From positions 113,258 through 177,257 of the forward strand of contig RQSC01000024.1 in assembly GCA_013416795.1 (NCBI GenBank): a stretch of 64,000 nt of DNA, given 5' to 3'. The position numbers were made by a program, and so were the translations under genes. The stretch comes from Prasinococcaceae sp. CCMP 1430. Lineage: Eukaryota; Plantae; Prasinodermophyta. Positions 1 to 9,958 of this stretch are shown piece after piece. Numbering within the stretch: the first letter of the stretch is position 1; each line of letters starts with the position of its first letter. The notes below the pieces were generated by a model. That model had not been told where the DNA came from and did no database searches. It worked only from the letters and a program-made list of their open reading frames with translations.

Positions 1-2477
1 CCGCGCGCGGCGCGGTCGCGCGGGGCAGGAGAGGCGGCACGACGTCCTCGACGCAGGGCGCCGGCGGGCGCGTCGACGCCCACGCCGACTACGCGGGGAG
101 CCTGCCGGCAGTCGGGTCTCCGGTGGCCGACCCCAAAGGCGAGCGCGCGAAGGGCCCGAAGATTGGTGGCGCGCCGCCGCGCGGTCCCGACGGTACGTTG
201 CCGCCCTTGGACATGGGCGCACACGGCGGTGGCACCAGGCCCGGCACGCCGCGCTCGCCCGGGCCCACAAGCGGGGCCAGCTCGCAGGGACGCGCGGGAA
301 GCGCGCTGAGCGCGCAGCTGCAGAGCCTGCGCGCCGACAACACGATCCTCGCGCGACACGCAAAGGAGGTGCTCGTCAAGAACATGCGGCTGATGGGCGA
401 ATATGAAGAGGGCAAGGAGGCCGTGATCCTGAGAAAGCTGCGAGCGGCGCACTCACGCGTTCGCCACGGGCGCGACGCCCGCGACCAGGAGCTGCGACGG
501 CTCAAGGAGGACCTTGCCGAACTGCGGCGCGCCGAGCATGAACATGAGCTCAAGTGCACGAGCGATGCGGGCACGTTGGAGATGCTGCGCGAGCGCGAGG
601 CCGTCGCCCGTACAGAGTGCGAGGAGGCACAGCGCGCCACAGCAGTTCTTGACTCGATGATTAAGCGGCTGAGTCGCGAGCAGAATCAGGCCCGCCACAA
701 GCTCAAGGAGCTGCGTGCGGAGGTTGCCAAGGTGGGCAAGTCCTCAAGATTGCTGGACGTGCGTCACGGTCGGGTGCAACACACGCTTGATGCCGCTGAG
801 GGCGAGCGCGCGCGATTCGCGCGCCAGATGAGCGCGGACAGAAGGATGTGTGAGCGGTTGCTCGACGAGCGCCGCGCGATCGTGGCAGGCTTCCACGACG
901 GCAAGAACAAAGCTGCTCGTGACGAGGATGTACGCACGCACGTGCGCAAGGAGCGCATGCGCAACCTCAACTCGAAAGCCAAGGAGGTCAGGGTCGCCAA
1001 GGGCGAAGGAGCGGCGGCACAGGCCGCTGCAGGCATGCGCGCAAGCGCCTTCGCGTCAGTGATCAGCGCCGTCGACGAGCGCCCGACATCGAATAAACTT
1101 GTAGACCGCACGCAGGCGTGCACCAAAACGGGTGCCGACGGGACGGCTGAGCAACTGTCGTCCCCGAAATCGCCGCTGGCGCTGACCACCACAGCGATGC
1201 CGTCGATGAAGGGCGAGGCGTGGCTGGAGCGCACGTACACGGAGCTTGCGCGACTGGCGGGCGGCTCGGACCCCGAGCACATCATCGCGCGCCTGCGGGA
1301 GCTGCAAGCGACAGGTAGGGCCCACGAGACAAGCCACCGCGAAAGCACTGCACGTCGCAAAGCACGCGAGCAAGAGCTGCGCGCGTACGAGCAGGAACTC
1401 GAGGACATCGAGCTGCACGGCTTCAGCGGGGGTCACTCGCATCGCGAGTTCGATGAGAAGGAACTCGCCATCGAGCGCAAGGAGCATGAGCTGCTGCGGC
1501 TGCAGGACAGCCTGCAGCCAGTGGTGCGCTCCTTGACAGGCGTGCACGACGGCGTGATCGTGTTGTTGAGGCGGCTGGCCGCCATGACGCACACAACCGC
1601 AGGTGGCGAAACAGCAGCGGAGCTCGCTGTGTTGCTCGGCGGCAACGGCGCAGGTGGCGGAGGAGGCGTACGCGAACGGCGGCCCAGCGAAGACTCGCTC
1701 TCTGGTGCTGGGGCAGTTGCCGGAGGCGGCGGCGGGGTCTATGCTGGCGCGGGAGCAGGCGCAGGGGCTCATGCAGCGGCTGGCACCGGCGGAGGTGGCG
1801 TTGACGGCGCAGGCAGTGGTGGCGAAGGCGATGCCGCACGCGGCGAAGGCGTCCGGCCGAACGCGCAGACATCGCCTGGCGGCGGCTCGAAGGCGCACAC
1901 AGCCGGTGACGATGCCGACACCTTCGTGCGCGGTCACGACAAGCTGCTCGCGCTTGTGGCCCTCCTCGAAAACAAGATAAGCGCCGTGCAGCTGGCGCTC
2001 TCCAACCCCGCCGGGACCGCGGCCGAGCCGTCGCGCGCTCCGCTGCTCGCGGAGGGGAGCGCGCCGCGGGGGCTCGGCATCACGCGTGTGATCGCGCGTG
2101 GCAGCCTCGCGACCGGCAGCAACACGCCGCCGACTGCCTGCATGTCGCAGGCCACGGCCGATGCGAGCGCTGCGCTCGTTGACGCCGCGGCCGCGGGCGC
2201 AAAGCCAAGCGGTGGCTGGCCGCTCCTGCCAGGCGCCGAGCCCGCTGTGCCAGCAATTATGGACGTCCGCGTACCGCTGGACAAGGAGTCCGAGATGCCG
2301 TCGTCGGACGACGATGGCGTCGAGCGTAGCGCGAACTTGTCGTCCGACCTCAAGGCGGGCGACCAGCAGCATCAGCCGCGCGAGAGCACCCCCGAACTGC
2401 TCACGCGTGCGCAGATCAAGCGCCTCGCTGCTGGCGCCATCGACCGCGAGGCCAAGCTGGAGGCCACGGAGCGCTGA
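1..2477 (+). CDS. Coiled-coil protein, probable outer dynein arm docking complex (ODAD1/ODAD3, CCDC114/151) family; 5' partial
   Basis: The frame is open from the window edge to TGA 2475-2477. Long heptad coiled coil; the C-terminal 'LLTRAQIKRLAAGAI' resembles the ODAD-family tail (by recollection). Confidence 0.5.
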   Translation, partial: ARGAVARGRRGGTTSSTQGAGGRVDAHADYAGSLPAVGSPVADPKGERAKGPKIGGAPPRGPDGTLPPLDMGAHGGGTRPGTPRSPGPTSGASSQGRAGSALSAQLQSLRADNTILARHAKEVLVKNMRLMGEYEEGKEAVILRKLRAAHSRVRHGRDARDQELRRLKEDLAELRRAEHEHELKCTSDAGTLEMLREREAVARTECEEAQRATAVLDSMIKRLSREQNQARHKLKELRAEVAKVGKSSRLLDVRHGRVQHTLDAAEGERARFARQMSADRRMCERLLDERRAIVAGFHDGKNKAARDEDVRTHVRKERMRNLNSKAKEVRVAKGEGAAAQAAAGMRASAFASVISAVDERPTSNKLVDRTQACTKTGADGTAEQLSSPKSPLALTTTAMPSMKGEAWLERTYTELARLAGGSDPEHIIARLRELQATGRAHETSHRESTARRKAREQELRAYEQELEDIELHGFSGGHSHREFDEKELAIERKEHELLRLQDSLQPVVRSLTGVHDGVIVLLRRLAAMTHTTAGGETAAELAVLLGGNGAGGGGGVRERRPSEDSLSGAGAVAGGGGGVYAGAGAGAGAHAAAGTGGGGVDGAGSGGEGDAARGEGVRPNAQTSPGGGSKAHTAGDDADTFVRGHDKLLALVALLENKISAVQLALSNPAGTAAEPSRAPLLAEGSAPRGLGITRVIARGSLATGSNTPPTACMSQATADASAALVDAAAAGAKPSGGWPLLPGAEPAVPAIMDVRVPLDKESEMPSSDDDGVERSANLSSDLKAGDQQHQPRESTPELLTRAQIKRLAAGAIDREAKLEATER

Positions 2478-2759
2478 GGCCGCGTGTAGCCACGACGCGA
2501 AGGCGTCCGAGGCGGCAGCGGCTATCGAGAGAGCGCCCACGCCTAAGCAGCCCCCTCGCCCCCCACCGGCCGCATCCCGAAGAAGGAGGGCCTCCGCTCG
2601 CGCATGCGCTGAGGTGGCGCGCATGCGAGCAGCTGGGAGGCGCGCGCTTTGTGGCGCGCCAGTAAGCACGTGTGCGTTCATAGATACTTACAAGTCAGAG
2701 CCCACGTCACCTACGCCACACAGGACGCGGCGCGCTCCCGCGCGGCCGCCCCTGCGCAG

Positions 2760-3023
2760 GACGACGTGCGCCTGAGCAACATCGTGGCGGCGAAGTCTCT
2801 GGCGGACGCCGTGCGCACCTCGCTCGGCCCGCGCGGCATGGACAAGATGGTCGTCGAGGGCGATGGCAACGTGATCATCACCAACGACGGCGCGACCATC
2901 CTGGAGAAGCTCGACGTGAAGCAGCCCGCGGGCAAGATGCTCGTGCAGCTCTCCAAGTCGCAGGACATCGTCGCCGGCGATGGAACGACCTCGGTCGTCG
3001 TGCTGTGCGGCGCGCTGCTCAAG
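2760..3023 (+). pseudogene. CCT4: Isolated exon of chaperonin CCT4 (TCP-1 delta), N-terminal region; rest of the gene not found in window
   Basis: [30 protein letters not shown]...ITNDGATIL...[17 protein letters not shown], bounded by gcgcag| and |gtgagg; 264 nt, phase 0/0. Confidence 0.75.
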
Positions 3024-3092
3024 GTGAGGGAATCGCCCCCGGCCGCACAGCGGCGCGGCCGCGCGCGCACGCGCTCGTCGCCGGCGCACGCC

Positions 3093-4261
3093 ATGGCGCC
3101 CGGCGCGCCCGCCGTGTCGCCCGGGACCGAAGCTGGGCTCGCCGCCGCGCTCGCGCGCTTTGAGCCTGTCTACGGCATCGCCGTGGCCGCACGCGGAAGT
3201 AGTGGCGGCGAAGGTGGTGACGGAAGCGCCTCGGTCGCATTCGTGCTCAGTGCCGCGTGCATCGCCTCCGCTCCTGCGCTGCGCGCAGTCGCGATGGACA
3301 CACGGGCCGGCGGCGCGACGTACGCAGCCGAGCTACGTGCGGCCGACCTCGAAGCGCTCCCCGCGTTTAGCACCCTGGGTGGCGATATGGGCGCTCTACT
3401 GCTCGGCAGCGCGCACGGAGTGCGCGCGGCCGCTGCACGAGGCGGCGCGAGGCTCGTCGCCAGCGGTGACGGTGAGCGCGCTGCCACCACTGGCGCGCCC
3501 ACCAGCGAGCCCACGGCGCACACGCACGCACGCCGCCCCCACACACATGCATGCACTGACAAGAGAAGCGCACACGCCACACACGTGCGCGCAGAAGGCG
3601 CATCAGCGTCGCTCGTTGTGGGCGCAACGGCGTGCGCGGGCGGCGGCCTCGCGGTGGCCATAGCACTGCCGCTGGTGTGCGTGCGCGACGAGGATGCCGC
3701 GGCGGAGATGCGCGGGGCGCTGCTGCTCGAGGCAGTAGGAGCACTCGCCCATGCCGACGCTGGGTACGGTCGGGGGATACGGACCGAGGAGGAACGCGAA
3801 GAGCGATCCGAGGGGCGACGCAAGGGGCGACACGATGACGGCGTGGACAGGCGCGAAGAGGGAGAGGAAAAGCTCGACCTCGCCGATTGCGACCGGATTG
3901 GCGGTAGCGACAAAGGCAGCGATGTCAAGCCGCTAGCTGGGGTGGGAGCGCCGGCGTCAACGCCTGTGCCGGTGCCCCTGCTGTCGGGCGCGACGCTGCA
4001 TGAGTCAGTTTCGCAGCCATCGTCGCAGTCGCTGCCACGGCAGCCAAGCTCGCAGCCACAGGTGAGCACACGCGAGAGAGCGAATGCGCGCGCGAGCGAA
4101 CGCACACGCGGGCACACACGCGGACGCTGACGCGCGCGCTCGCTCGCTCGCCCTGGCACATGCTCGCCCAGCGCGCCCCCGCGATGTCCGCACAGCTCCT
4201 GCGCGGGCGGCCAAAGCGCCGCAAGCGCAATGAGCCGGCGATGGCATTCAGGGATGAGTGA
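3093..4261 (+). CDS. PAXX/XRCC4-superfamily-like NHEJ factor (plant At5g64010-like); exons 3093-3471, 3595-4061, 4196-4261
   Basis: Splice phases are consistent. 'ARFEPVYG' and 'IALPLVCV...[12 protein letters not shown]' resemble the plant PAXX-like N-terminal domain, and there is a basic C-terminal tail, [17 protein letters not shown]. Confidence 0.55.
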
Positions 4262-4399
4262 GCACAGGCGTGCTCGCGCGCAAGTTGTTGTAGACTATTG
4301 TCATATGTGCATACGCGTTACGCGAGGGGATGCGGGACCTCGCTCGTGCGCGCGTGCGGACGCCCACGCCAACGAGTGAAACGCGTGTGCGCGTGTGCC

Positions 4400-5104
4400 C
4401 TACTGCCCGTAGCCGTCGCGCTCATTCTCCTCATTGGCCAGTTTGGTGGCCGTGCCCCAAAACTTGACTGCGCCAAAGCTCGCGCCTGTGAACAGGACCG
4501 CGCATGCGGGGGTGTACAAAAAGCTCGTCGCCTGCGGCATGCGTGTACGCGCGCGCGCGAGAGTGAGGCAGACCACATGGTCGCGCGCACCCTACCAGTC
4601 AGCCCATGCCCGCACGCATCGGCGAGTAGGAGAGGTACGGTGCGCGGGCAAGGTCGCGTGGCATGAGAACGTACCTCCAGCACGCCGAAGATGGGCTCCT
4701 TGTAGATGTACTCGAAGACTGTGCCCGTGGCAGCGATGAGGAACCAGCATGACACAAGCAGGTACACGCCGTACGGCAGCTGCGGCAGGCCAGCACTGCC
4801 ACCGCCGCCGCCGGCCTCGTCACGCGCCCAGCTGCAGTCGAGCGAACAGCGCGACAGAGCGCCCCGATGTGTCAGTCGCCGACAGGAGGTGAGCAAGGGC
4901 GCGAGAGCACATGCGCAAGCCGCGCGCGCAGGCGGGCCAGCACCATGCCCGCGCAAGCGATCGTTAGTGCGCTCGCGCTTGCGCGTGCGTTCACGTACGG
5001 CGGCAGATCCTCCTCCTGCTCCTGCTCCTGCTGCTGCTGCTCGCCACCCGCCGCCGGCGGTGCCGCACGGCGAGCGTGCGGTGCGCGCGCACGGCGCGCG
5101 CGCG
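4400..5104 (-). CDS. Conserved green-lineage small membrane (probably plastid) protein; 5' end probably runs into the gap; last intron 4674-4532
   Basis: LPQLPYGVYLLVSCWFLIAATGTVFEYIYKEPIFGVLE spliced in phase 0 to ATSFLYTPACAVLFTG...ANEENERDGYGQ*, similar to an uncharacterised plant chloroplast protein family. Confidence 0.6.
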
Positions 5105-6001
5105 NNNNNNNNNNNNNNNNNNNNNNNNNNNNNNNNNNNNNNNNNNNNNNNNNNNNNNNNNNNNNNNNNNNNNNNNNNNNNNNNNNNNNNNNNNNNNNNN
5201 NNNNNNNNNNNNNNNNNNNNNNNNNNNNNNNNNNNNNNNNNNNNNNNNNNNNNNNNNNNNNNNNNNNNNNNNNNNNNNNNNNNNNNNNNNNNNNNNNNNN
5301 NNNNNNNNNNNNNNNNNNNNNNNNNNNNNNNNNNNNNNNNNNNNNNNNNNNNNNNNNNNNNNNNNNNNNNNNNNNNNNNNNNNNNNNNNNNNNNNNNNNN
5401 NNNNNNNNNNNNNNNNNNNNNNNNNNNNNNNNNNNNNNNNNNNNNNNNNNNNNNNNNNNNNNNNNNNNNNNNNNNNNNNNNNNNNNNNNNNNNNNNNNNN
5501 NNNNNNNNNNNNNNNNNNNNNNNNNNNNNNNNNNNNNNNNNNNNNNNNNNNNNNNNNNNNNNNNNNNNNNNNNNNNNNNNNNNNNNNNNNNNNNNNNNNN
5601 NNNNNNNNNNNNNNNNNNNNNNNNNNNNNNNNNNNNNNNNNNNNNNNNNNNNNNNNNNNNNNNNNNNNNNNNNNNNNNNNNNNNNNNNNNNNNNNNNNNN
5701 NNNNNNNNNNNNNNNNNNNNNNNNNNNNNNNNNNNNNNNNNNNNNNNNNNNNNNNNNNNNNNNNNNNNNNNNNNNNNNNNNNNNNNNNNNNNNNNNNNNN
5801 NNNNNNNNNNNNNNNNNNNNNNNNNNNNNNNNNNNNNNNNNNNNNNNNNNNNNNNNNNNNNNNNNNNNNNNNNNNNNNNNNNNNNNNNNNNNNNNNNNNN
5901 NNNNNNNNNNNNNNNNNNNNNNNNNNNNNNNNNNNNNNNNNNNNNNNNNNNNNNNNNNNNNNNNNNNNNNNNNNNNNNNNNNNNNNNNNNNNNNNNNNNN
6001 N

Positions 6002-6666
6002 GCCGACGCCAGGCGCGCGCCGTCCGGGCTCCAGCACACTGAGTCCACAGCATCCTCGTGTCCCTCGAGGACCTGCAGCGCCTCGCCGGTCGACGCGTCC
6101 CACACGCGCACCGTCGCGTCCTCGCCCGCCGACGCCAGGCGCGAGCCGTCCGGGCTCCAGCGCGCAAGGTACACGTCTCCCTTGTGTCCCTCGAGGACCT
6201 GCAGCACCCCGCCGGTCGGCGCGTCCCACACGCGCACCGTCTCGTCCGCGCTTGCCGACGCCAGGCGCGAGCCGTCCGGGCTCCAGCACACCGACCTCAC
6301 CACATCCTCGTGTTCCTCGAGCACGTGCACCGCCTCGCCGGTCGACGCGTCCCACACGCACACCGTTAGGTCGTCGCTTGCCGACGCCAGGCGCGAGCCG
6401 TCCGGGCTCCAGCACACTGAGTCCACAGCATCCTCGTGTCCCTCGAGGACCTGCAGCGCCTCGCCGGTCCACGCGTCCCACACGCGCACCGTTAGGTCGC
6501 CGCCCGCCGACGCCAGGCGCGAGCCGTCCGGGCTCCAGCGCGTCGAAATCACAGACTCCTCCGCGCCCCTCCGATTCTTCAAGCCCTCGCTTATCCGCTC
6601 CCGCGGCGTTGCCAGCGCGCGCCGCCGATCCCAACCCGAACCTCCGACGCACCGGAATCCAATCAA
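6002..6666 (-). CDS. WD40-repeat protein fragment with near-identical 126-bp units; 3' end in gap, no ATG found
   Basis: Repeated LEGHEDAVDSVCWSPDGSRLASAS; unit boundaries at 6002, 6128, 6254, 6380 and 6506. Confidence 0.8.
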
Positions 6667-6778
6667 AACGCCTCACCGGAAACGAAAATAGAAACCCTCA
6701 AAGCGAACCGAACCCCAAACGCCGCGGGGGCGCGCGGCCGCAAAAGCGCGAACGGGCGACGGGCGGCCCAAAAAACCA

Positions 6779-6888
6779 TAAACCCTAAAACCTAAACCCC
6801 AATCATGCGCAGACGGAGGGGAGGGGAGGCTCGTCGGGTGCGCACCGGATCGAAGTTTGGGGTGGACTGCGGTGTTAAGGTAGGGTTT
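6779..6888. promoter_or_regulatory. Telo-box-like cluster (AAACCCTAAAACCTAAACCC; opposite-orientation TAGGGTTT at 6881)
   Basis: Direct sequence match to plant-type telomere repeat variants. Confidence 0.45.
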
Positions 6889-6975
6889 ATGATCGGTGCG
6901 CGTCTGGAGAGCGCGTATGTGTACATGTCGGTTTGGTGCAGGCGGCGCGCGAGCGTCTCGCGCGGCAGCCGTGCG

Positions 6976-7928
6976 TCAGCGCGCGGCGTCGAGGCCCGCG
7001 GTCCACTCGGGACGCCACCAGGAGGGGACGCTCGGCGCGGCGGTGTAGTCGGCCGCCGCGGCCTCGAGCGGTGGCGCACGGCGAGCAGCCGCCCGGCGGC
7101 GTTCGCGCGCCCGCGGCCCCCGCGAGACACCACCAGCTCGTCGCCCGGAGCGGCGCTCGCCGCGCCGCTGCCGCGGAGAGCGACGGGCATCACGCGCTTG
7201 CGCACGACACCCGTGTGGTGCGCGCGTGCGACGGGCTCCTGGCCGAGGTAGCACCCCTTGGAAAAGCTCACCGCGCCCATCGCCTCCAGGTTGCACTCCA
7301 GCGCGCTGAGCTCACCCGGCGGCAGCTCAGAGGGCCCCTCCGCCAGGCCATGTGCGTATCTCCACGCGACGTACGCGGCGTGCTCACCCCCATCTCCCCA
7401 TGCGCTGGGAGCTGCGGCCTCCTCCGGCAGCAGGCCGCGCCGCGCGAGCTGGGGCGCGCGCGGGTCGGGCGCCAGCGCCCCAGCGAGCTCGTCCCACGTG
7501 GGGGCTGCAGCGCCGCCCTCGTTGCGAAAGGCAACGGCCACGCCCAGCTCGCGCGCCTCGACCTCCTCAATGTCCACTCGGGCGCGTAGCCTGTGGCGGC
7601 GCAGCGCGGCCGCGAGGCGCTCGACCGACTCCTCGGCGCACTCAAGCACAACGCCGCCGGCGCCAGCCGCGGCTTCGACGCGCGCGCACCCTGCATGCAG
7701 GAACAGGTCGTGCGCGATCTTTCCCCTGGAGTTCAGCACCGCGGCGTACGCGCACCGCGAGCCGCCTCCGCCACCCTCACCCCCTCCGTCACCCTCGCCC
7801 TCGCCTCCGGCGAGCGCGCCGACGTCCGCCGTCAGCAGCCCCTGCAGGAAGCGCCGCGCGTCGGCGCCGCCAACGGCGAGCAGCGCACGCCGCGGCAGCG
7901 GCAGCGCGCGCGCCGCCGCGGCCGCCAT
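6976..7928 (-). CDS. IBA57: IBA57/YgfZ-family folate-binding Fe-S assembly factor; frame break near 7075
   Basis: GADARRFLQGLLT near the N-terminus, signature VSFSKGCYLGQE, and a C-terminal PSWWRPEW lying in a different frame. Confidence 0.85.
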
Positions 7929-8679
7929 CGCGCGGGGAGCGAGGCAGAGGTAAGACGTGACAGGGAAGAGGGATGACCCTGTGGGAGGGGAGGGGGGGGG
8001 GGGAGGGTTGCTCTCCCCTTCCGCGCCCCTCCTCCGCCCTCTCCGCCCTCCGCTGACTGTGTGGCTCCGCCCCGCGCCCCGCCCCCGCCACACCCGGCAC
8101 AATCCACACTCTTTTTTTGTGTGCGTGTTTGGATTTTTTTTTGCGTTCTCGCGCTCAATCAGGGAACAACATGGGAGGGCGCGCCAACCCCGGACGGTTC
8201 GCGCGCGCCACACACGCTGACACGTATGACTTTCTCGGTGCGTATTTTCCTTCATTTTTAGCAAAAAAAAAGGAAGCCGCCTGCGCGATCGCGGCAGCGC
8301 CCGCCCCGCCGCGGAAAAACGGACGGACAGAAATGCTCCACATTATCCGTCGTATTGCGCTGTTATACACAATCTAAACCGTGACAATACGCTTATTATG
8401 GATATAATATGCATCAAAATGGAGAAACAATGGGTTTGGAAATGTGTATTAACGTAAAATATTTCGGGAGCGCGTCGGGCGAGTGCGTGAGGCGCTGCGG
8501 GTGTGGCGGCTGCTGCTGCGGGGGCGCTCGGGGGCGCCACAGCGCGCGCGTCCGAGTGCGTGCGCCGCCGCCGCGTCCCGGGGAGGGGCGGCGCGCGGGC
8601 GCGCGCGGGAGGCGCAGCGGCTTAGGTCGCAGCGGGGGGGAAGGGGGCAGCGGAGTGGGGCGGGGGAGGGAGGGACGCG

Positions 8680-9763
8680 ATGGCGGCGCCGGGGCCGTCG
8701 GCGCTCTCGGGCTTGCTCACCAAGCTCGCGCAGGCGGCTTTTGGCCTGGGCGTGGCGTCGCAGGTGGCGCAGTCCGCCGTGTACATCGTCGATGGCGGGC
8801 ACCGCGCGGTCGTCTTCGACCGCGCGCGCGGCGTGCTCGACGCGATCTCGGGCGAGGGCATGAACTTCGTCATCCCGTGGTGGCAGGTGCGCGCGCGCGC
8901 TCTCTCTCTTACCGCGCATGCGCGCGTGCAAGCGCGCGAAGGCACGCCCGCACGCGTGCGCTCTGGCGCGCTTGTTCCGCGTGACGCACCGCTGCGCCCG
9001 CTGACACGACGGACTTGTTACGAACGCGCGCACGTGCGAATGCGTGCGCGAACGCGGCGCGCGTGCTCATGCCTGCGGTCGCCTGGCGCGCGGTCGCCCG
9101 CCGGCCCTTCACGTTCGCACGCAGACTCCGCACGTGTTCGACATCCGCACGCGCCCGCGGTCGATCTCGTCGGTGACGGGCACCAAGGATCTGCAAATGG
9201 TCAACATCACGCTGCGCCTGCTCCACAAGCCCAACACGGACTCGCTGCCCGAGCTCTACAAGAAGTACGGCCTTGACTACGACGACCGCGTGCTTCCGTC
9301 GATCGCCAACGAGACGCTCAAGGCGGTGGTCGCGCAGTACAACGCGTCGGAGCTGCTCACGATGCGCGAGCAGGTGTCGCGGCGGCTCAACGCCGAGCTG
9401 ACGGCGCGCGCGGACAACTTCAAGATCAACGTAGAGGACGTGGCCATCACGCACCTGAGCTTCGGCTCTGAGTTCACGCGCGCTATCGAGTTCAAGCAGG
9501 TTGCGCAACAGGACGCCGAGCGCGCCAAGTACGTCGTGGAGAAGGCCGAGCAGGAGAAGACGGCCGCGATCATCCGCGCCGAGGGCGAATCCGAGGCGGC
9601 CAAGCTCATCTCGCAGGCCACCGCCAGCGCGGGGCCCGGTTTCATCGAGCTGCGCCGCATCGAGGCCGCCAAGGAGGTCGCCGCCACGCTCACGCGCAGC
9701 CGCAACATCTCCTACCTGCCGCAATCGGGCAACATGTTGTTCGGCCTCAGCGGTGGCAACTGA
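8680..9763 (+). CDS. PHB1: Prohibitin (PHB1-type); exons 8680-8886 and 9125-9763
   Basis: [54 protein letters not shown]; GT-AG intron in phase 0. Confidence 0.95.
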
Positions 9764-9958
9764 CGCCTCAGCACAGTACAGTGGATCGGCAACACCGGCG
9801 ACTCGTCGCGCCGCACTGTAAACGTGTACACGCACAGCCGCGCGTGCATTCTTTTGCATACCTTGTCTAGTCTACAGTACATATGTTACACAACGCGACG
9901 CACGAGCGAGCGGCGATGGCGCGCGCGCCCATTAAATGCACGGGCGCGGGAACGGCGC

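Noticed and set aside
2649-4130. Single fused CCT4-unknown ORF
   Set aside because: It reads through splice sites; better explained as a CCT4 exon plus a separate spliced gene.
6002-6545. Possible CRISPR-like array (also considered for the ankyrin repeats)
   Set aside because: Units are in-frame coding repeats with no unique spacers, and there are no cas genes.
4318-6788. ORFs spanning N gaps (also 29215-30671 and 62281-63821)
   Set aside because: Open only because N codons contain no stops.
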